Origin: an uncultured Anaerolineaceae bacterium
Lineage (GTDB): Bacteria; Chloroflexota; Dehalococcoidia; Tepidiformales; Tepidiformaceae
NCBI GenBank assembly: GCA_964508715.1
Contig: CAZDUX010000011.1
Coordinates: 1 to 64,000, forward strand
Length of the DNA: 64,000 bases
Direction of reading: 5' to 3'
The notes below the pieces were generated by a model, which searched no databases, was not told where the DNA came from, and saw nothing but the letters and a program-made list of their open reading frames with translations. The translations under genes and the position numbers were made by a program. This document shows positions 1 to 10,462 of the stretch, piece by piece. Every line of letters starts with the position of its first letter. Positions within the stretch are counted from its first letter, which is position 1.

Positions 1-356
1 TCGCGGCCTTCGTGGGCGTCTTGCTGGTGCTGTCGTCATCGCCACAGCCGACGAGTCCGAGGCTCGCCGCGCCAACGCCGGCAACGGCTGCACCGCCAAC
101 AAAGCGGCGGCGGCTGATACGGCTCCCCTGGGCGCGCCTCAGCCAATAATTATCTTCTCTTGCCATAAAAACTGCTTCCCCCCTTGAGCTAATCCAAGCA
201 CAAGTTACCACGGGCAATATGCCATGGCTTTATTGCTGGATTCGGAGGATCATACGGGGAGCGGCAGCAGTGTCAATCACAGACCAAGCTGGTATCGATA
301 CAAGTGACAGTCTCGGATACGCGATGATCGTACTGAATATACGCGACTCGATCATT

Positions 357-2102
357 TCACGTGGCGATGAAATGGGCCTGGGCGTCGGATTCCTGGGTCC
401 AGAAGGGTGCAACCGAGGGGCGGCTGAACCTGGATCGGCGGAAGATCTCGTTTTGCTGGAGGAGCCAGCCGAGTACGCCAGGGCTCCCCGCGGCGAGATG
501 GGAGCGCACCACTGCCCGCACGAGTACTTTGCGGTGGTCGAGGCCGAATTCGAGCGAGAGGCCCCCCAACTCTTCCGGTGCGATGGATGGCAGGCCGAGT
601 GAGCGAGCCGTGGGCCCGTTGGGCAGGAGGGTATCCATGACGTTCCGCGATGGATCCGGAGATGGTATGGGCGGGCCCCACCCAAGCCAGAGTGAGGCAC
701 GGCCACTCCCGTAGTAGCGGTCGAGGGCCTTTGCGGAGATGGCGGTGTACGTGTCCACCGTGGCCCGGAACTCATTCCCAAGCACCTCGGCAAGCAACCC
801 GGGAACGATTGAGCTCGCGCTGTAGAGGGGGTCGAAAATGCTGGGGAAGTCGATAGTGACGGCGCCAAGTGCGGGCCCGCCCGCTGCCTCCCAACGGCGG
901 CGTGCTTCGGCGGCATCGCTGGTGAAATCGGCACGATAGCCAGGGAATTCAGCCAGTTCGGACTCGGAAAGGCCAAATGCCGGGGTGGCCGGGGTCACAA
1001 GCGGCGATGAGGCGGCGGCCCTCCCGGCGAAGAGGCGGCGTGCAAGTTCGCCGCGGTTGAGAGCGCCACTAATGGCGCGGATGAGTTCCGGGTTGTTCCA
1101 GGGAGGGGAGCCCGCGAAGAAGGTGGTGATCACCGGGCTATCCTCGAGCGCCGAGGATTCGGTGAACAGGACCGGGCCCTGGCGGATACGGGGAGCGTCG
1201 CGGCGATCGCGGGCGATGACTTCATCGCGTTCGCCCGCAAGAAAGAGGCTGGCATCGTCGCGGCCGGGGGGCGAAACCACGATTGCATCGAGGGCTGCCG
1301 GCTGATGTCCCTGGCGAAAGGCGGTGAACCGAGCATCATCGCCATCGAAGCCGGTGAAGACGAACGGCCCGGTACCGATGACGCTCTCGGGCCGGAGCTT
1401 CTGCCAGGACCCTCCGAAGGCGTCGACGGCTTCACGCGCCTGAAGGAGTGCAGCAGCGCCGGCGAGCGTTTCGAGGAGGAAGGGATCCGGACGGGAAGTC
1501 TCGATCCGGACGGTGTGGTCGTCGGGAGCGGAGATCTGCGCTATTGCGCTGTAGGCGGCAACGTCCTGTAGCGAGGGGAGCGCCCCGTCGCGCACGAGCC
1601 GAAGCATTCGCTGGAGGTGGAGGGCTGCATCCTGCGCATCGAATGGGCGGCCGGCGACTGGCGGGATGTCGTGCCAGCGGGCGGACGGATGGAGGTGGAG
1701 GACGAGGGTACTGGCATCGGGCTGCTCCCACGAGGTTGCGAGTCCGGGCCCAAGGCGGGGTTCGGTGATGTCGAGCCAGGCGACGAGGCGAGAATGGGTT
1801 CGGCCGAGGATTTCGATGACGGAGCGCTCACCCGTCTGCTGGGCGTCGAAGGTATCGAGGTTCCAGCTGCGGTTGGCGACGAGGTGAGCGACACCGCCGC
1901 GCGGAAACGGTGTCGGTGAGGGCAGGGTGTCCGCCGTTGCGGTTGGCGAAGGGAGGGCGCTGGTGCCAGGTGCAACCCGGGCAGGGGCAGCGCCCTCTCG
2001 TTGCCCAATGAAGAAGGCAACAGCACCGATACCCGCGATACCGGCGGCACCACCGCCCATCGCCAGCACGCGACGGCGGGAGAGCCTGCGGCGTTGGGGC
2101 AC
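357..2102 (-). CDS. ABC transporter substrate-binding protein, family 5 (peptide/nickel/opine type), with twin-arginine-like signal peptide
   Basis: 581-aa ORF; N-terminus RRRLSRRRVLAMGGGAAGIAGIGAVAF is Tat-like; length and motifs typical of SBP family 5; GTG start overlaps stop of upstream CDF gene by 1 nt. Confidence 0.8.
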   Translation of the reverse strand: MPQRRRLSRRRVLAMGGGAAGIAGIGAVAFFIGQREGAAPARVAPGTSALPSPTATADTLPSPTPFPRGGVAHLVANRSWNLDTFDAQQTGERSVIEILGRTHSRLVAWLDITEPRLGPGLATSWEQPDASTLVLHLHPSARWHDIPPVAGRPFDAQDAALHLQRMLRLVRDGALPSLQDVAAYSAIAQISAPDDHTVRIETSRPDPFLLETLAGAAALLQAREAVDAFGGSWQKLRPESVIGTGPFVFTGFDGDDARFTAFRQGHQPAALDAIVVSPPGRDDASLFLAGERDEVIARDRRDAPRIRQGPVLFTESSALEDSPVITTFFAGSPPWNNPELIRAISGALNRGELARRLFAGRAAASSPLVTPATPAFGLSESELAEFPGYRADFTSDAAEARRRWEAAGGPALGAVTIDFPSIFDPLYSASSIVPGLLAEVLGNEFRATVDTYTAISAKALDRYYGSGRASLWLGWGPPIPSPDPSRNVMDTLLPNGPTARSLGLPSIAPEELGGLSLEFGLDHRKVLVRAVVRSHLAAGSPGVLGWLLQQNEIFRRSRFSRPSVAPFWTQESDAQAHFIAT

Positions 2103-3049
2103 TAGATAACGCTCTCGCGGTGGCTATGGCCGGCCGCTTCGAGGCGAGCAGCGTCGGGGCTCGTGCAGCACTCGATTGCCTCGTGGATAGCGGGTGTCTC
2201 GGGCTGGAGCGTGACGTGGCCGATACCGAAGCGCTCACGCATGAGCGACGCGAGGTCGGTCAGGATATGTTCGGTACAGGTGACGTCGGCAAGTTCGACG
2301 TGGGCGCTGAGCGCAGGGAAGCGCGGCGCGATGGACCAGACGTGGACATCGTGGAGGTCGAGGACACCGGGGACGCCGCGGCCGGCTGCGACGATCTCGT
2401 CGGGGTTGAGTCCGGGCGGTGCGCTTTCGAGGAGGATGTCGGCGGACTGGCGGAAGAGGGACCACGCTCGGGGAAGAATGAAGAGGGCGATAGCAAGGCC
2501 AACGAGGGCATCGACGCCGTGCCAGCCACCGAGGGCGATGAAGATCGACGAAAGGAGGACGAGGATTGACCCGGCTGCATCGGCGGTGGCCTCGAGGGTA
2601 GCGGCCTTTGCATTCAGGTTGTCGTGGGAGTGCTCGTGAAGGAGGCGGATGACGGCAATGTTCACGAGAAGGCCGAGGGTGGCGACGACGGTGACGGGGA
2701 GGATATCGATCTCGTGCGAGGCACCGAGGCGCTGGATGGACTCGAAGACGATGTAGCCGGCGATGAGGAGGAGCAGGGCGACATGGAGCGGGACGGCGAG
2801 GACTTCGAATCGCGCATAGCCATAGGTACGGCGGGAGTCGGGGCCGCGGCGGCCAATGGTGGCGGCAGCAAGGGCGAGAAGGAGGCCAGCCGAGTCGGTG
2901 AGCATATGACCGCCATCGGAAACGAGGGCGAGCGAGCCGGCGAACAGGCCGGTCCCGATCTCGACCGCGACGAAGCTGGCGGTGAGCAGCAGGCCAATGA
3001 GCAGCGCGCGCGGTGTTGAACGGCCGTGCTCAGCGTCATGGCTATCCAT
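2102..3049 (-). CDS. cation diffusion facilitator (CzcD-like Zn/Co/Cd efflux)
   Basis: 6 TM helices, HxxxD-type motifs (ALVSDGGHMLTD; HEHSHD), C-terminal cytoplasmic domain; start refined to internal ATG (MDSHDAEH) from longer ORF. Confidence 0.85.
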   Translation of the reverse strand: MDSHDAEHGRSTPRALLIGLLLTASFVAVEIGTGLFAGSLALVSDGGHMLTDSAGLLLALAAATIGRRGPDSRRTYGYARFEVLAVPLHVALLLLIAGYIVFESIQRLGASHEIDILPVTVVATLGLLVNIAVIRLLHEHSHDNLNAKAATLEATADAAGSILVLLSSIFIALGGWHGVDALVGLAIALFILPRAWSLFRQSADILLESAPPGLNPDEIVAAGRGVPGVLDLHDVHVWSIAPRFPALSAHVELADVTCTEHILTDLASLMRERFGIGHVTLQPETPAIHEAIECCTSPDAARLEAAGHSHRESVI

Positions 3050-3099
3050 GGTTCCATCGTACCAGAGGCATGGTACGAATCCGCAGGTTTCGATGTTTG

Positions 3100-3579
3100 C
3101 TAACGGGTGAGTTCGGCGGCGTGCATGTCGAAATGGAGAATGAGGAAGCGGATCATCTCCGGGAGCGGGGTGGGGACGCCGCGGAAGGGCATGGGCCGCT
3201 CGCACTGCTCGGGGGAGAGGCGGCCGAGCAGAGCGACCAGGTTGCCACGGTTGGCGCGCATCTCGGTGAGCAGATCGTCGATCGACTGTCCCGAGCGTTC
3301 ATCGACGCGTGCCTGGTTCCATGTATCTATCTGAAGCTCGGCCGCGTGTTCCTGTTCATCACCGGGTTCGGGGATGCCGGCACCGATACGAATGCGAACG
3401 AGCTGGCGGCGGTCGCTGGAGGCGAGGTGGGCAAGGAGCTGGCGGCGTGTCCAGGCGCCATCACCGGTGTGGATGATGTTGTCCCATGCGCCGGCGGGGA
3501 CCTGGCGGGCGGCGGCCTCGACGCGCAGAACGGCCTGGTCGAGTGCGGAGAGTGCCTGCGCAAGTTCGTCGTCGTTCAT
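3100..3579 (-). CDS. DinB/MDMPI-like (mycothiol-dependent maleylpyruvate isomerase N-terminal domain-like) metal-binding protein
   Basis: 159-aa ORF with WTRRQLLAHL motif typical of DinB_2/MDMPI_N family. Confidence 0.6.
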   Translation of the reverse strand: MNDDELAQALSALDQAVLRVEAAARQVPAGAWDNIIHTGDGAWTRRQLLAHLASSDRRQLVRIRIGAGIPEPGDEQEHAAELQIDTWNQARVDERSGQSIDDLLTEMRANRGNLVALLGRLSPEQCERPMPFRGVPTPLPEMIRFLILHFDMHAAELTR

Positions 3580-3690
3580 GGCCTGGTGAGTATAGGCCGG
3601 GCACGCGCCGAACTCGATTCACTGGTCTACAGTTAACCGGTTGTCCCGTGGCCGGTCGCCCAAACCGGGGTTGGCCGACCGGGACTCGAG

Positions 3691-6600
3691 GTGTTGGTCC
3701 TGCCCAGTGAACTGGTCGGGTTGACCGCGGCTACGGCGGATGTGATTGAGCCCCTCCTGAGAGCCGGGAAGGGTGAACTGCGCCTTGGCGTACCGGAGAC
3801 GGCGAAGGCGCCGGTCGCGGCGGCCATCGCTGCACGGAACGATTGTCCAACGTTATTGCTCGTGCCGACGCCAGCCCGAGCGCAGGCCATCCATGATGAG
3901 ATCGCGCTGTTCCTGCAGGATGTGCCGCTGGCCAGGCTACCAGAACGTGAGGGGCTGCCATACGAGTTCGCGCGCGACGACGTGGTGGTATCGCTCGACC
4001 GGGCCCGGGCCCTGGCATTTCTGCGTGGCGATGAGCGCGCACTCGTCGTGGCGTCGTGGGCGTCGATATCGGAGCACTGTGCCGGGCCGGATGTCCAGGC
4101 GGCGGGCATCGAGTTCGCAACGGGAGATACGATCGACCCCGGAAGCCTCGTGGCACGGCTCGAGGAAGCGGGGTACGAGGTAACCTCGCTCGTCGAGCGG
4201 CCGGGTGCGGTGGCGCGGCGTGGGGGGCTCGTCGATGTGTTCCCGGCGGGGGCCGAACATCCCGTGCGAATTGAGTTCTTCGGGAACCAGGTCGAGAGTA
4301 TCCGGCAGGTGAACCTTTCGACGCAGCGAAGCGTGGGGCGGCTGCAGCGGGTGAACCTGCCGCCGGCAGCAACGGGCACACACGAAGCGCGTGAGGCAGC
4401 CCGGCAGTTGCTCGAACGGGCAGAGGGCACCGGAGAGCACGCGGAGCTCGTGCTCGAACAGCTCGAGTTGCTTGCAGGCGGGCAGCGAAGCGGCTACCAG
4501 GGGTTCTTCGAGCCGCTGCTGTATGAGTCGACTGCGCTGGACCACCTGAACCCGGGAGCCGTGGTCCTGCTCGACGATGACGAAGAGGGTGCACAGCACC
4601 TCGAACGGGCCATAGAGCATGAGGCGCGGTCGCGTGAAGAGCTCGAACGGCGGGAGGCGATCCCATGGGGCCTGCCAGAGCTGCGCGAGCCGGCTGAGAC
4701 TGTGACGGCGAAGCTGAGCGCCGGGCGGCGCCCGATCCGGCTGCAACGATTCGGGAGCGAGGAACTTGGTGCGAAGCGGCTGCCGTTGCAGGTGACGCCG
4801 AGCTTTGCGGGGAAGCTGAAGCCGCTGGCGCAGCAGTCGGCTCGCTGGGCACGGGATGGGCGGTCAGTCGTGATCGCGTCCCAGCAGGCGTTGCGGCTTG
4901 CGGAACTGCTCGACGAGGAAGGGATTGGCGCGCAGCTCAAACGGCAGCTGCCGGAGCGGCCGGAAGACGGGACGATCACGCTCTTGCCGCTCGCTGTGAC
5001 CGGCGGTTTCACGCTCGATGAACGGCTGGTACTCATCACTGACGCCGAGGTTTTCGGCTTTCGGAAGCGGCGGCGGCCGAGCCGGGGGCGGGCGGCGATC
5101 CGTCCCGATCTCGTTTCGGACCTGGAGGTGGGGGACTACCTGGTACACGCCGACCATGGCATCGCGCGCTACGGCGGGCTCATCCGGCGCAGCGTCGAAG
5201 GGGTGGAACGCGAGTACCTCGAACTCCAATACGCGGACTCGGACCGGCTCTACGTTCCGGCCGACCAGCTCGACGCTGTCTCGCGGTATGTGGGGCCAAC
5301 GGACCATCCACCGAGCCTGACCAAGCTGGGATCGATGGACTGGTCGCGGGCGAAGCGGCGGGTGAAGCAGGCGGTCGTGGAGATGGCGCAGGAACTCCTC
5401 GAGCTCTACGCGCAGCGGGAGCTGGCCAGGGGCCATGCATTCGCCGAGGACGGCCCGTGGCAGATGGAGATGGAGGCGGCATTTCCATTCGTGGAGACGC
5501 CGGACCAGTTACAGGCGATCGCGGAAGTGAAATCGGACATGGAGCGTGAGCGGCCGATGGATCGGCTCATCTGTGGCGACGTGGGCTATGGAAAGACCGA
5601 GGTGGCGATCCGCGGGGCGTTCAAGGCGGTGGCCGACGGGAAGCAGGTTGCGGTGCTCGTGCCAACGACCGTGCTCGCCGAGCAACATGGGTCGACCTTC
5701 CGGGAGCGGGTAGCGGGCTTCCCGGTGCACGTGGAGGTGCTCTCGCGGTTCCGGAGCGACGAGGAGCAGAAAGCGATCGTGGCAGGGATCGCGAAGGGCG
5801 AGATCGACATCGCGATCGGGACGCACCGGCTCCTCGGAAAGGATGTCGTCTTCAAGGACCTCGGGCTGGTGGTGATCGACGAGGAGCAGCGCTTCGGTGT
5901 GAGCCACAAGGAGCGGCTGAAGCAGATGCGGGCGGAAGTTGACGTGCTGACGCTCTCGGCGACACCGATACCGCGGACGCTACAGATGTCGCTCGTGGGG
6001 ATTCGCGACATGAGCACCGTGATGTCTCCACCTGAGGAGCGGCTGCCGATCCGGACGTATGTGTTGCAGTGGGACAACGAGATCATCCGGGAGGCGATCG
6101 ACCGCGAGATGGAGCGCGGCGGCCAGGTGTATTTCGTCCACAACCGGGTGCACAACATCGAGCGGATCGTGAGCCGGCTGCGGGAGATCGTCCCGGATGC
6201 ACGCATTTCGATCGGGCACGGGCAGATGCCGGAGGAGCAGCTCGAGCGGGTGATGACGGAGTTCCAGGCGGGCGACTATGACGTGCTCGTGTGCACGACG
6301 ATCATCGAAAGCGGGCTCGACATCCCAAACGCGAACACGATCATCATCAACGACGCCGACCGGCTGGGGCTGGCGCAGCTCTACCAGCTTAGAGGGCGCG
6401 TGGGGCGCGGTGGAAACCGCGCCTACTCGTACCTGTTGTACGACAAGGACAGGACGATGACCGAGCACGCGCAGAAGCGGCTCGAAGCGATCTTCGAAGC
6501 GTCGGAGCTCGGGGCGGGCTTCCAGATTGCACTCCGCGACCTGGAGATTCGTGGTGCGGGGAACGTGCTAGGCAACGAGCAGAGCGGGCACATCGCCGCC

Positions 6601-7125
6601 GTCGGGTTCGACATGTATTCGAAGCTCGTGGCGGAAGCAGTCGATGCGTTGAAGCAGACACTCGCTCCGGAAGCGCCGCGAGGGCCTGCGCCACTTCCGG
6701 CGGCGCCATCGGTGGACCTGCCGCTCAGTGCGCACATCCCGGAGACCTACATCGACGAGATACACGCTCGGTTGGCGGTCTACCAGCGCGTGGCAGATAT
6801 CGAGAGCGCCGAGGGTGTGGCCGAAATGCAGGCGGAATTACGCGATCGTTTCGGCGAGGTGCCACGATCGGTCGAGAACCTGCTCTACGTGGCGCTGGTG
6901 AAGAGCATCGCGCGGCGGGCCCGGGTTGAAGCGATCAAGACGGACGAGCAGATGTTCCACCTGCACGTGCGAGGGGGGACGACACCGAAGCTGCGCGCCG
7001 CCGTTGAAGCGTTGGGATTGAAGACGGTGCTGGTTGGGCCGAACCAGGTGCGCATCAACCGGGTTGGCGTGGGGACGAACTGGATGCCGCTGCTGGTGAA
7101 GGTGTTGCGGGCGATGACCCCGTAG
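3691..7125 (+). CDS. mfd: transcription-repair coupling factor Mfd
   Basis: 1144 aa; UvrB-homology N-terminus, CarD/TRCF RNAP-interacting domain (DLEVGDYLVHADHGIARYGG), superfamily 2 helicase motifs (GDVGYGKTEVA, DEEQRFG, SATPIPRT), TRG motif and C-terminal D7. Confidence 0.92.
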   Translation: MLVLPSELVGLTAATADVIEPLLRAGKGELRLGVPETAKAPVAAAIAARNDCPTLLLVPTPARAQAIHDEIALFLQDVPLARLPEREGLPYEFARDDVVVSLDRARALAFLRGDERALVVASWASISEHCAGPDVQAAGIEFATGDTIDPGSLVARLEEAGYEVTSLVERPGAVARRGGLVDVFPAGAEHPVRIEFFGNQVESIRQVNLSTQRSVGRLQRVNLPPAATGTHEAREAARQLLERAEGTGEHAELVLEQLELLAGGQRSGYQGFFEPLLYESTALDHLNPGAVVLLDDDEEGAQHLERAIEHEARSREELERREAIPWGLPELREPAETVTAKLSAGRRPIRLQRFGSEELGAKRLPLQVTPSFAGKLKPLAQQSARWARDGRSVVIASQQALRLAELLDEEGIGAQLKRQLPERPEDGTITLLPLAVTGGFTLDERLVLITDAEVFGFRKRRRPSRGRAAIRPDLVSDLEVGDYLVHADHGIARYGGLIRRSVEGVEREYLELQYADSDRLYVPADQLDAVSRYVGPTDHPPSLTKLGSMDWSRAKRRVKQAVVEMAQELLELYAQRELARGHAFAEDGPWQMEMEAAFPFVETPDQLQAIAEVKSDMERERPMDRLICGDVGYGKTEVAIRGAFKAVADGKQVAVLVPTTVLAEQHGSTFRERVAGFPVHVEVLSRFRSDEEQKAIVAGIAKGEIDIAIGTHRLLGKDVVFKDLGLVVIDEEQRFGVSHKERLKQMRAEVDVLTLSATPIPRTLQMSLVGIRDMSTVMSPPEERLPIRTYVLQWDNEIIREAIDREMERGGQVYFVHNRVHNIERIVSRLREIVPDARISIGHGQMPEEQLERVMTEFQAGDYDVLVCTTIIESGLDIPNANTIIINDADRLGLAQLYQLRGRVGRGGNRAYSYLLYDKDRTMTEHAQKRLEAIFEASELGAGFQIALRDLEIRGAGNVLGNEQSGHIAAVGFDMYSKLVAEAVDALKQTLAPEAPRGPAPLPAAPSVDLPLSAHIPETYIDEIHARLAVYQRVADIESAEGVAEMQAELRDRFGEVPRSVENLLYVALVKSIARRARVEAIKTDEQMFHLHVRGGTTPKLRAAVEALGLKTVLVGPNQVRINRVGVGTNWMPLLVKVLRAMTP

Positions 7126-7391
7126 GTGACTCCAGGGCTTCCGGGCACCACACCGTGCCGTGAGAACAGCACCCGTGAAGGCCGGGGAGTGCACCACCCG
7201 GCGGTAGAGGGCCGGGGACCGCGGCCCCGAGCGGAGCGTGACAGACCGCCCTCCTTTCGGTCTCGGGTGCCGCTCGTTGCCGGAGGGGCCCGGTTTCGGA
7301 CAGAATGGCGTTCACAATGGGAGGTTCGTTTCTATCATCGTGATAGGACGGCCTGATGGACGGCGGGGCGAGCGAGGAGGAAACGGGTTCG

Positions 7392-8657
7392 ATGGCAGGT
7401 GCATTGGAAGGGATCCGTGTGCTCGATTGCACGCAGATCATCGCAGGGCCGCTGGCGGCATCGCTGCTTTCGGAGATGGGCGCGGATGTGATGAAGGTGG
7501 AGGCGCTCGCGGGAGAACCCTGGCGGCGGCAAGCCGAGATCATCCCGGGAGAGAGCAGGAACTTCCTCGTGCAGAACCGGGGCAAGCGGGGAATGGCGAT
7601 CGACCTGAAGCACCCGGCTTCGGGCCCGGTGCGTGAACGGCTGGTGGAATGGGCTGACGTGGTTCTGACCAACTACCGGCCGGGTGCCGCCCAGGAATTG
7701 GGGCTTGGGTACGAGACGCTCAGGGCGATCAAGCCGGGCATCATCGTCGCGGAGGTGACAGCGTTCGGCGACAAGGGGCCGGATGCCAATCGTCGTGGGT
7801 ACGACATCGTTGCACAGGCGATGAGCGGGGTGACGACATCGAATCCCAACGTAGTAGACGGGCTGCCTCTCCAGGTGGCGTTTGCTCCTTCGGACGTGGT
7901 GACGGGCTTCGCAACGGCGTGGGCAATCACGGCGGCGCTTTACCACCGTGACAGGACGGGCGAGGGCCAGCTCATCAACACCAGCCTGTTGCTCTCGGGG
8001 CTAGCGATCCAGGGGAACTCACGTGAGATCGTGGCGATGGACACGGAGAAGCGGATGCACTGGCTGGAGACGCTGGCGGAGTTGCGTGCGCGCGGGGCCT
8101 CGATCCAGGAGGTCTACCAGGTGCGGCGGGCACAGACGCCGGAACTCGCGGGGAACGTGTACTACCGTTGCTACCAGACAGCCGACGGTCATATCGCGCT
8201 GGGGTGCCTGGGCCCGGGGCCCCGTGAACGCTTCCGGGCGGCACTGGAGATGCACGACCCGCGGTACGAGGAGGGGTTCGATAATTCGCCTGATAACGTG
8301 TTCAAAGTCGGGCGCGAACTCGTGGCGTATTGCGAGGCGCGCTTCCGGGAGAAAACGACGGCGGAGTGGATGGACTACCTGACGTCGTTCGACATCGCAT
8401 GCGGCCCATTGCGCTTCGTGGACGAGTTGTTCGATGACCCACAGGTCGTCGCGAACGAGTACATCGTCGAATATGACCACACACTGCTGGGGCCGTTGCG
8501 CGGGCCGCGGCCGGTGGTGACGATGAGCGCGACACCAACCCGAATCCAGCGGGCATCGCCAGCACTGGGTGAACACACCCTCGAGATGCTCTGTACGCTG
8601 GGGTTCGGGGAGACCGAAATTGATGAACTCAGGAGCGTTGGGGTGATCAATACCTGA
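7392..8657 (+). CDS. CoA transferase family III (CaiB/BaiF family)
   Basis: N-terminal LEGIRVLDCTQIIAGPLAASLLSEMGADVMKVE signature of CaiB/BaiF; about 420 aa. Confidence 0.8.
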   Translation: MAGALEGIRVLDCTQIIAGPLAASLLSEMGADVMKVEALAGEPWRRQAEIIPGESRNFLVQNRGKRGMAIDLKHPASGPVRERLVEWADVVLTNYRPGAAQELGLGYETLRAIKPGIIVAEVTAFGDKGPDANRRGYDIVAQAMSGVTTSNPNVVDGLPLQVAFAPSDVVTGFATAWAITAALYHRDRTGEGQLINTSLLLSGLAIQGNSREIVAMDTEKRMHWLETLAELRARGASIQEVYQVRRAQTPELAGNVYYRCYQTADGHIALGCLGPGPRERFRAALEMHDPRYEEGFDNSPDNVFKVGRELVAYCEARFREKTTAEWMDYLTSFDIACGPLRFVDELFDDPQVVANEYIVEYDHTLLGPLRGPRPVVTMSATPTRIQRASPALGEHTLEMLCTLGFGETEIDELRSVGVINT

Positions 8658-8717
8658 CCGTGCAGGGAGAACTGGCCGGCGTATCATTCGCGGCTACGAA
8701 AGCACACGGGGTGAGGC

Positions 8718-10094
8718 ATGGAACGTAGCGCGATCGAACGAGCGGCAATGCTCGCCGGCGTGGAGCTTGCTCCCGACACGACTCTCACGATCGAGGGTGA
8801 CGACCCGGTACTGGCATCGCCGTTCCACCTGGGTGGGGGTGCGGCAACGGTGCTTGCCCTCGTAGGCCAGGAAGCGAACCGCATCTGGATGGAGCGAGGC
8901 GGCAGCAACCAGTCGCTCTCCGTGAACATCCGGCATGCGGCCGCATCGTTGCACAGCTACATGGTCCTCGAGTGCGAGGGTGCGGCTCCGCTCACGCCGC
9001 GAGCCGGATCAAACGTGACGGCGATCTGGGAATGCGGCGACGGACGGTTCATCCATCTCCACGGCAGCTTCACCCATGGGCCCGGGATCCTGGCGGAGCT
9101 CGGGCTCGGTGCTGATGCCACGGCGGCACAGATAGCGGCGGCGTGCAAGGGTCGCGGAGCGTTCGAGCTCGAGGATGCGCTTGCAGAGAAGGGGCTCTGC
9201 AGCGCGGTCTGCCGCACAAACGCGGAGTGGCTGGCGCATCCCCAGGGGCAGGTGCTGGCAGCGAAGCCGGTGGTCGAAGTAACGAAAGTCGGTGAGGCCC
9301 CGCCAATGCCGTGGACGGCGAGCGACCGGCCGCTTTCAGGCGTGCGTGTGCTCGACCTCACACGGGTACTTGCCGGGCCAACGTGTGCGCGAACACTCGC
9401 GGAGCACGGCGCGGATGTGCTGCACATCGCTTCGCCCAACCTGCCAACGGTTGAGCGATTCGAAATGGATACGGGCCACGGGAAGCGGCAGGCCTACATC
9501 GACCTCAACGAGCCGGCGCAGGCGGAGACGCTGCGGGAATTGGTGCGCAATGCAGATGTCTTCTCCCAGGGGTTCCAGCACCATTCGCTGGAACGAAGGG
9601 AATTCGGAGTAGAGCAGCTCGCCGCACTCCGGCCAGGAATCGTCTACGTGAGCGAGAACGCGTTCGGGCACGACGGACCCTGGCAGGAGCGGCCCGGTTG
9701 GGAGCAACTGGCACAATCGACCACCGGCATCGCGGTGACCCAGGGGGTCGAGCGGCCGACGCTCGCTCCGGCGGCGATGAACGATTACACGACGGGCTAC
9801 TTCGCCGCGCTCGGAGCGATGATCGCACTCAGGAGGCGGGCAGTTGAGGGCGGGTCGTGGTCGGTGCGGGTTTCGCTCTCGCAGACGAGCATGTGGTACT
9901 ACCGGCTTGGGGCGGACCTCGATCCGGCCGCCGCTACGGGGCTCGGAGACTTCTCGTCTTTCATGGAGGAGCGCGCGACTCCATACGGGTACATGAAGCA
10001 CCTGCGGCCAGCGCTGCGCATGTCGCAGACTGACCCGCACTGGAGTCTCCCGACGACCCCGCCGGGGAGCGGACAGGCAGCCTGGGCATCGTGA
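8718..10094 (+). CDS. CoA-transferase family III domain protein with about 200-aa N-terminal extension
   Basis: Internal GVRVLDLTRVLAGPTCARTLAEHGADVLHI signature at residue ~205; good RBS (ggggtgagg) before ATG. Confidence 0.65.
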   Translation: MERSAIERAAMLAGVELAPDTTLTIEGDDPVLASPFHLGGGAATVLALVGQEANRIWMERGGSNQSLSVNIRHAAASLHSYMVLECEGAAPLTPRAGSNVTAIWECGDGRFIHLHGSFTHGPGILAELGLGADATAAQIAAACKGRGAFELEDALAEKGLCSAVCRTNAEWLAHPQGQVLAAKPVVEVTKVGEAPPMPWTASDRPLSGVRVLDLTRVLAGPTCARTLAEHGADVLHIASPNLPTVERFEMDTGHGKRQAYIDLNEPAQAETLRELVRNADVFSQGFQHHSLERREFGVEQLAALRPGIVYVSENAFGHDGPWQERPGWEQLAQSTTGIAVTQGVERPTLAPAAMNDYTTGYFAALGAMIALRRRAVEGGSWSVRVSLSQTSMWYYRLGADLDPAAATGLGDFSSFMEERATPYGYMKHLRPALRMSQTDPHWSLPTTPPGSGQAAWAS

Positions 10095-10462
10095 TGGCAG
10101 TCGTGGTGCAGCGCAGTTTCACCATCGAGCGGGGCACACTGGCGGAGTTCGAACGCCTTTCGAGGGAGGGTATCTGGCCGTACATGGAGGCCCGCGGCTG
10201 CAAGATCCTCGGGCTGTTCACGAACGTGCACGGGGGTCCGAGCGATGAAGTGATCCTGCTGACGGCGTACGCATCGATGGCGCACTGGGAGAATACGCGG
10301 CTTGACCTTCCGCCGCCGGCAGGGTCACCACCGGAGCTGGCAGCGCTCCAGCAGCGCGCCTTCGAGGCGGGCCGTGAGCGGAACAGGCTCACCAGGGTCT
10401 CGAGCACGCGCGTCCTGCGCTCGGTGACGGACTGGACTGACTACGGTGTGCAGAACGGGTGA
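10091..10462 (+). CDS. NIPSNAP family protein
   Basis: 123 aa, start overlaps upstream stop (ATGA); sequence pattern (EFERLSREGIWPYMEARGCKILGLF, MAHWENTR) like NIPSNAP/dimeric alpha-beta barrel proteins. Confidence 0.55.
   Translation: MMAVVVQRSFTIERGTLAEFERLSREGIWPYMEARGCKILGLFTNVHGGPSDEVILLTAYASMAHWENTRLDLPPPAGSPPELAALQQRAFEAGRERNRLTRVSSTRVLRSVTDWTDYGVQNG

Noticed and set aside
1-147. Possible 3' end of a plus-strand gene (…AAFVGVLLVLSSSPQPTSPRLAAPTPATAAPPTKRRRLIRL) or 5' end of a minus-strand gene at the window start
   Set aside because: The fragment is too short and runs off the window. Several frames are open and none can be assigned confidently.
3731-4852. Long antisense ORFs (e.g. 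3731..4852, 3937..4746, 19593..20597, 21035..22603, 23089..24171, 36873..37910, 41793..42524, 59363..60769) overlapping well-supported genes
   Set aside because: Low-complexity Arg/Pro/Ala/Ser-rich translations typical of stop-codon-poor frames in ~68% GC DNA. They are entirely contained within genes that have clear homology on the other strand.
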